IMG/VR virus record: IMGVR_UViG_3300037424_001072
Span: 1-36,364 of that record
DNA length: 36,364 nucleotides
Source: a virus
Taxonomy: Duplodnaviria > Caudoviricetes
Strand: one strand, 5' to 3'
The notes under the pieces were generated by a model. The model ran no database searches, had not been told where the DNA came from, and saw only the letters and a list, made by a program, of their open reading frames with translations. The translations under genes were made by a program, and so were the position numbers. Position 1 is the first letter of the stretch. Every line of letters begins with the position of its first letter. Of this stretch, positions 34,329 to 36,364 are shown piece after piece.

Positions 34329-35342
34329 ACGAAAAATAGCACATCGGAGGACGCCGTGACCGAAAAGCGTATTTGGGTACTAGGCTCCGCCGACCCAGAA
34401 ATGTCGGCCATAGAAGGTCTGCTCAACGAATGCGGCGAGCAGGTTATTTACGCGACCTCCGGGGGACACCGCGTGAATCCGGGGAATGCATATCGCACGG
34501 ACACACCGCGTCACGAGCTGATTTGGCACAATGGCATCGGGACCATTTACGCCGTCGAATGTGATTGGGAGCATTTGGACGGAGAGACTGGGGACGTCCA
34601 ACACATTGACCACCACCGCCCTGGAGATCCGGGTTACGGCGTGCCGCCAGCGGAGTTCTTTCGCGGGTCGAGCCTCGGGCAGGTGATCGCGGAGTTGGCA
34701 CGACTCGGTGTGCTCACGTGGCCAGTTGGGCCGCTCATGAGCCGCAATCCAGCGGGCACGCTGGTGGTTGCGCATCACCAAGGCAACATGGTTGATCCGC
34801 TCATTCTCGCGGCTGCAGCCGACCATTGTCTTGGCGCTGCCTACGCAGGGCAGTGCCCGGGCGTCGACGTTGGGGCACTGGGCGAGTGGCGCATCGCTAC
34901 TCGTGCCGCGCATCAAGGGCGGTCCGTAGACGAGGTTCGCGCTGACATTGAGAGGGCCATGGCCGCGTTACGTGCAGCGCCTATGGTCACGCTCCTGGAT
35001 GTAGCGGATATGTCACACACATATGACCACGACTGGTCACGATCGGTGTGTGACGGCTGCAATCGAGAGCCTGTCATCTGCCGCGACATGCGCAATATTC
35101 ACGTGTCTGAGCTACCAGAGGCAGGCACAAGGCTTGGCGAATCGTATATCGCCGTCGGGCTCCCGGGCCCAGACGGTAGAAGCAAGGTCGTGTGCAGCGG
35201 AACAAGCGAAGTTGTTGGGGCATTTCTCAGAAATTGGGCCGAACGCAACGGGCTCGACGATTGTTATGGCGACCCGGCGCGAGGGTTCGCCGGAGGTTAC
35301 TACGCCAAAGGGTCGGAGATGACGCCGGAGCAACAACCATGA
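34326..35342 (+). CDS. DHH-superfamily phosphoesterase-like protein (NrN-like)
   Basis: WVLGSADPEM, YAVECD, HIDHH, SSLGQV, AAADH, C-terminal GFAGGY. Confidence 0.6.
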   Translation: MTKNSTSEDAVTEKRIWVLGSADPEMSAIEGLLNECGEQVIYATSGGHRVNPGNAYRTDTPRHELIWHNGIGTIYAVECDWEHLDGETGDVQHIDHHRPGDPGYGVPPAEFFRGSSLGQVIAELARLGVLTWPVGPLMSRNPAGTLVVAHHQGNMVDPLILAAAADHCLGAAYAGQCPGVDVGALGEWRIATRAAHQGRSVDEVRADIERAMAALRAAPMVTLLDVADMSHTYDHDWSRSVCDGCNREPVICRDMRNIHVSELPEAGTRLGESYIAVGLPGPDGRSKVVCSGTSEVVGAFLRNWAERNGLDDCYGDPARGFAGGYYAKGSEMTPEQQP

Positions 35343-35437
35343 CTCTCTTGGAATTCATAGGCTGTGTTACGGTCGGTTGTTTTCTGTGCGTCGCCAACCT
35401 GCTTTGGGCAATGCTTCAGCACACAGAGGATAAATGA
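35339..35437 (+). CDS. 32-aa hydrophobic membrane peptide
   Basis: GGAG RBS, ATGA overlap; [32 protein letters not shown]. Confidence 0.5.
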   Translation: MTLLEFIGCVTVGCFLCVANLLWAMLQHTEDK

Positions 35438-35479
35438 CCGCCGGAGAATCTGGCATGATCGAATGGAGGTAATTGTACC

Positions 35480-35758
35480 ATGGACAGATCTGGACTTGTT
35501 CGCTCGATTCGGATCGCCCGCGCTGCTTCTCGCACGGATCTAGCGATGTCGAAACATTCAGACGCCGCTCTTGCGAGGAATTCTTGCAACGATACCTACG
35601 CACAGGCCGAGAGATTTGCTCTCGATGGGTTGGTCGGATGGGAGAGACAGACACGAATAGCACTCGAGCATGCACAGAAGCTCGAACGACTGGCACTCGC
35701 TGGTGATGACAGCCACGCGAGCAGTGCACTTGATGCCCTCTCCCGTCTCCAGCGCTGA
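35480..35758 (+). CDS. Early hypothetical protein (start uncertain)
   Basis: GGAGGT upstream; helical C-terminus. Confidence 0.5.
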   Translation: MDRSGLVRSIRIARAASRTDLAMSKHSDAALARNSCNDTYAQAERFALDGLVGWERQTRIALEHAQKLERLALAGDDSHASSALDALSRLQR

Positions 35759-35787
35759 GAGCGAACCACGTGTAGAGCACCCCAGTG

Positions 35788-35842
35788 CTGCCCCGCCGCC
35801 CAGGTTCGTCCCGGCGGCTTTCGGGGCAGGAGCAACGACATG
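35788..35842 (+). repeat. Early-gene leader repeat, copy 3 (divergent hairpin, conserved 3' half)
   Basis: GCCGCC...GGCGGC stem then GGCTTTCGGGGCAGGAGCAACGACATG. Confidence 0.8.
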
Positions 35843-36064
35843 ACAATCCTATCCCTCTCAGACCTCCCCACTCTGTCCGAGCACCTGCGGCACGCCGACA
35901 TCGTTGACGCGCGCGCAGCTGCCGCCCGAAGGCTCCTGGCCTGGCATCGCAAGGCTGATGCCCAAGCCGCCATGCTAGACGCACTACGCACACCAGTCGC
36001 GGGCTGGAGCGAGTGCGGGCGGCTGGTGGTCGACGAGTCCGGACGATGCGAGGTGACGCTGTGA
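35840..36064 (+). CDS. Early hypothetical protein
   Basis: AGGAG RBS within the leader repeat; GTGA-coupled to the next gene. Confidence 0.65.
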   Translation: MTILSLSDLPTLSEHLRHADIVDARAAAARRLLAWHRKADAQAAMLDALRTPVAGWSECGRLVVDESGRCEVTL

Positions 36065-36364
36065 CCCAAATCACTCGGTGGGATACTGGAGTCGTGATCC
36101 ATGAAGGCGAAAGCACGATCGCGGAATTGGTTGCGGCATGCGGCAAGCTGGGGATCTCGGCGTTTCGCGCCAACCTCAGCGACGCCGACCTCAGAGGCGC
36201 CAACCTCAGAGGCGCCAACCTCAGCGACGCCAACCTCAGAGGCGCCGACCTCAGAGGCGCCGACCTCAGCGACGCCGACCTCAGAGGCGCCAACCTCAGA
36301 GGCGCCGACCTCAGAGGCGCCGACCTCAGCGACGCCGACCTCAGAGGCGCCAACCTCAGAGGCG
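36061..36364 (+). CDS. Pentapeptide-repeat protein, 3'-truncated (absent from the ORF track)
   Basis: GAGGT RBS, GTG 36061; [17 protein letters not shown]...[21 protein letters not shown]... Confidence 0.9.
   Translation, partial: MTQITRWDTGVVIHEGESTIAELVAACGKLGISAFRANLSDADLRGANLRGANLSDANLRGADLRGADLSDADLRGANLRGADLRGADLSDADLRGANLRG
36169..36364 (+). repeat. Coding tandem repeat, 15-nt unit GCC(A/G)ACCTCAG(AGG/CGA)C
   Basis: Directly visible; encodes A(N/D)L(RG/SD). Confidence 0.95.

Larger units (their letters stand above)
1..36364 (+). mobile_element. Tailed dsDNA bacteriophage genome fragment (podovirus-like morphogenesis module), truncated at both ends
   Basis: Co-oriented replication, terminase, portal, capsid, nozzle, ejection, lysis and early genes; no host housekeeping genes; no tape-measure/tail-tube cassette recognised. 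Confidence 0.95.

Noticed and set aside
35367-36353. 328-aa minus-strand ORF with APLRS repeats
   Set aside because: Antisense shadow of the pentapeptide-repeat gene and neighbouring + strand genes

Overview
The window is a near-complete genome fragment of a tailed dsDNA phage with podovirus-like virion genes. Both ends stop inside low-complexity coding repeats. Almost all genes are on the + strand, many coupled by ATGA/GTGA overlaps. Gene order: end of an Ala-rich repeat protein; replication module (SSB-like, SF2 helicase, VRR-NUC, Prim-Pol/VirE primase-helicase, AT-rich putative origin); small regulators and a Cys-rich lipoprotein; a cassette of a basic Gly-Gly-Gly-ended peptide, PP-loop (PAPS-reductase-like) enzyme, ParB-like protein and antisense ASCH gene; TerS/TerL, portal, scaffold, major capsid, adaptor, nozzle; ejection proteins; spike/fibre-like genes; M15 endolysin and holin-like gene; a control region with a sigma54-type promoter; early genes with repeated structured leaders, ending in a pentapeptide-repeat gene. 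I recognise no integrase, CI-type repressor or DNA polymerase. A myxobacterial host is a tentative inference. Best leads: (1) the peptide/PP-loop/ParB/ASCH cassette, (2) an early NrN-like DHH phosphoesterase that may destroy an immune second messenger, (3) a peptidase S74 chaperone split across two genes, (4) a sigma54 promoter whose -24 box is the loop of a 16-bp hairpin, downstream of an enhancer-like palindrome array. All family calls come from motif recognition by eye, not from searches.
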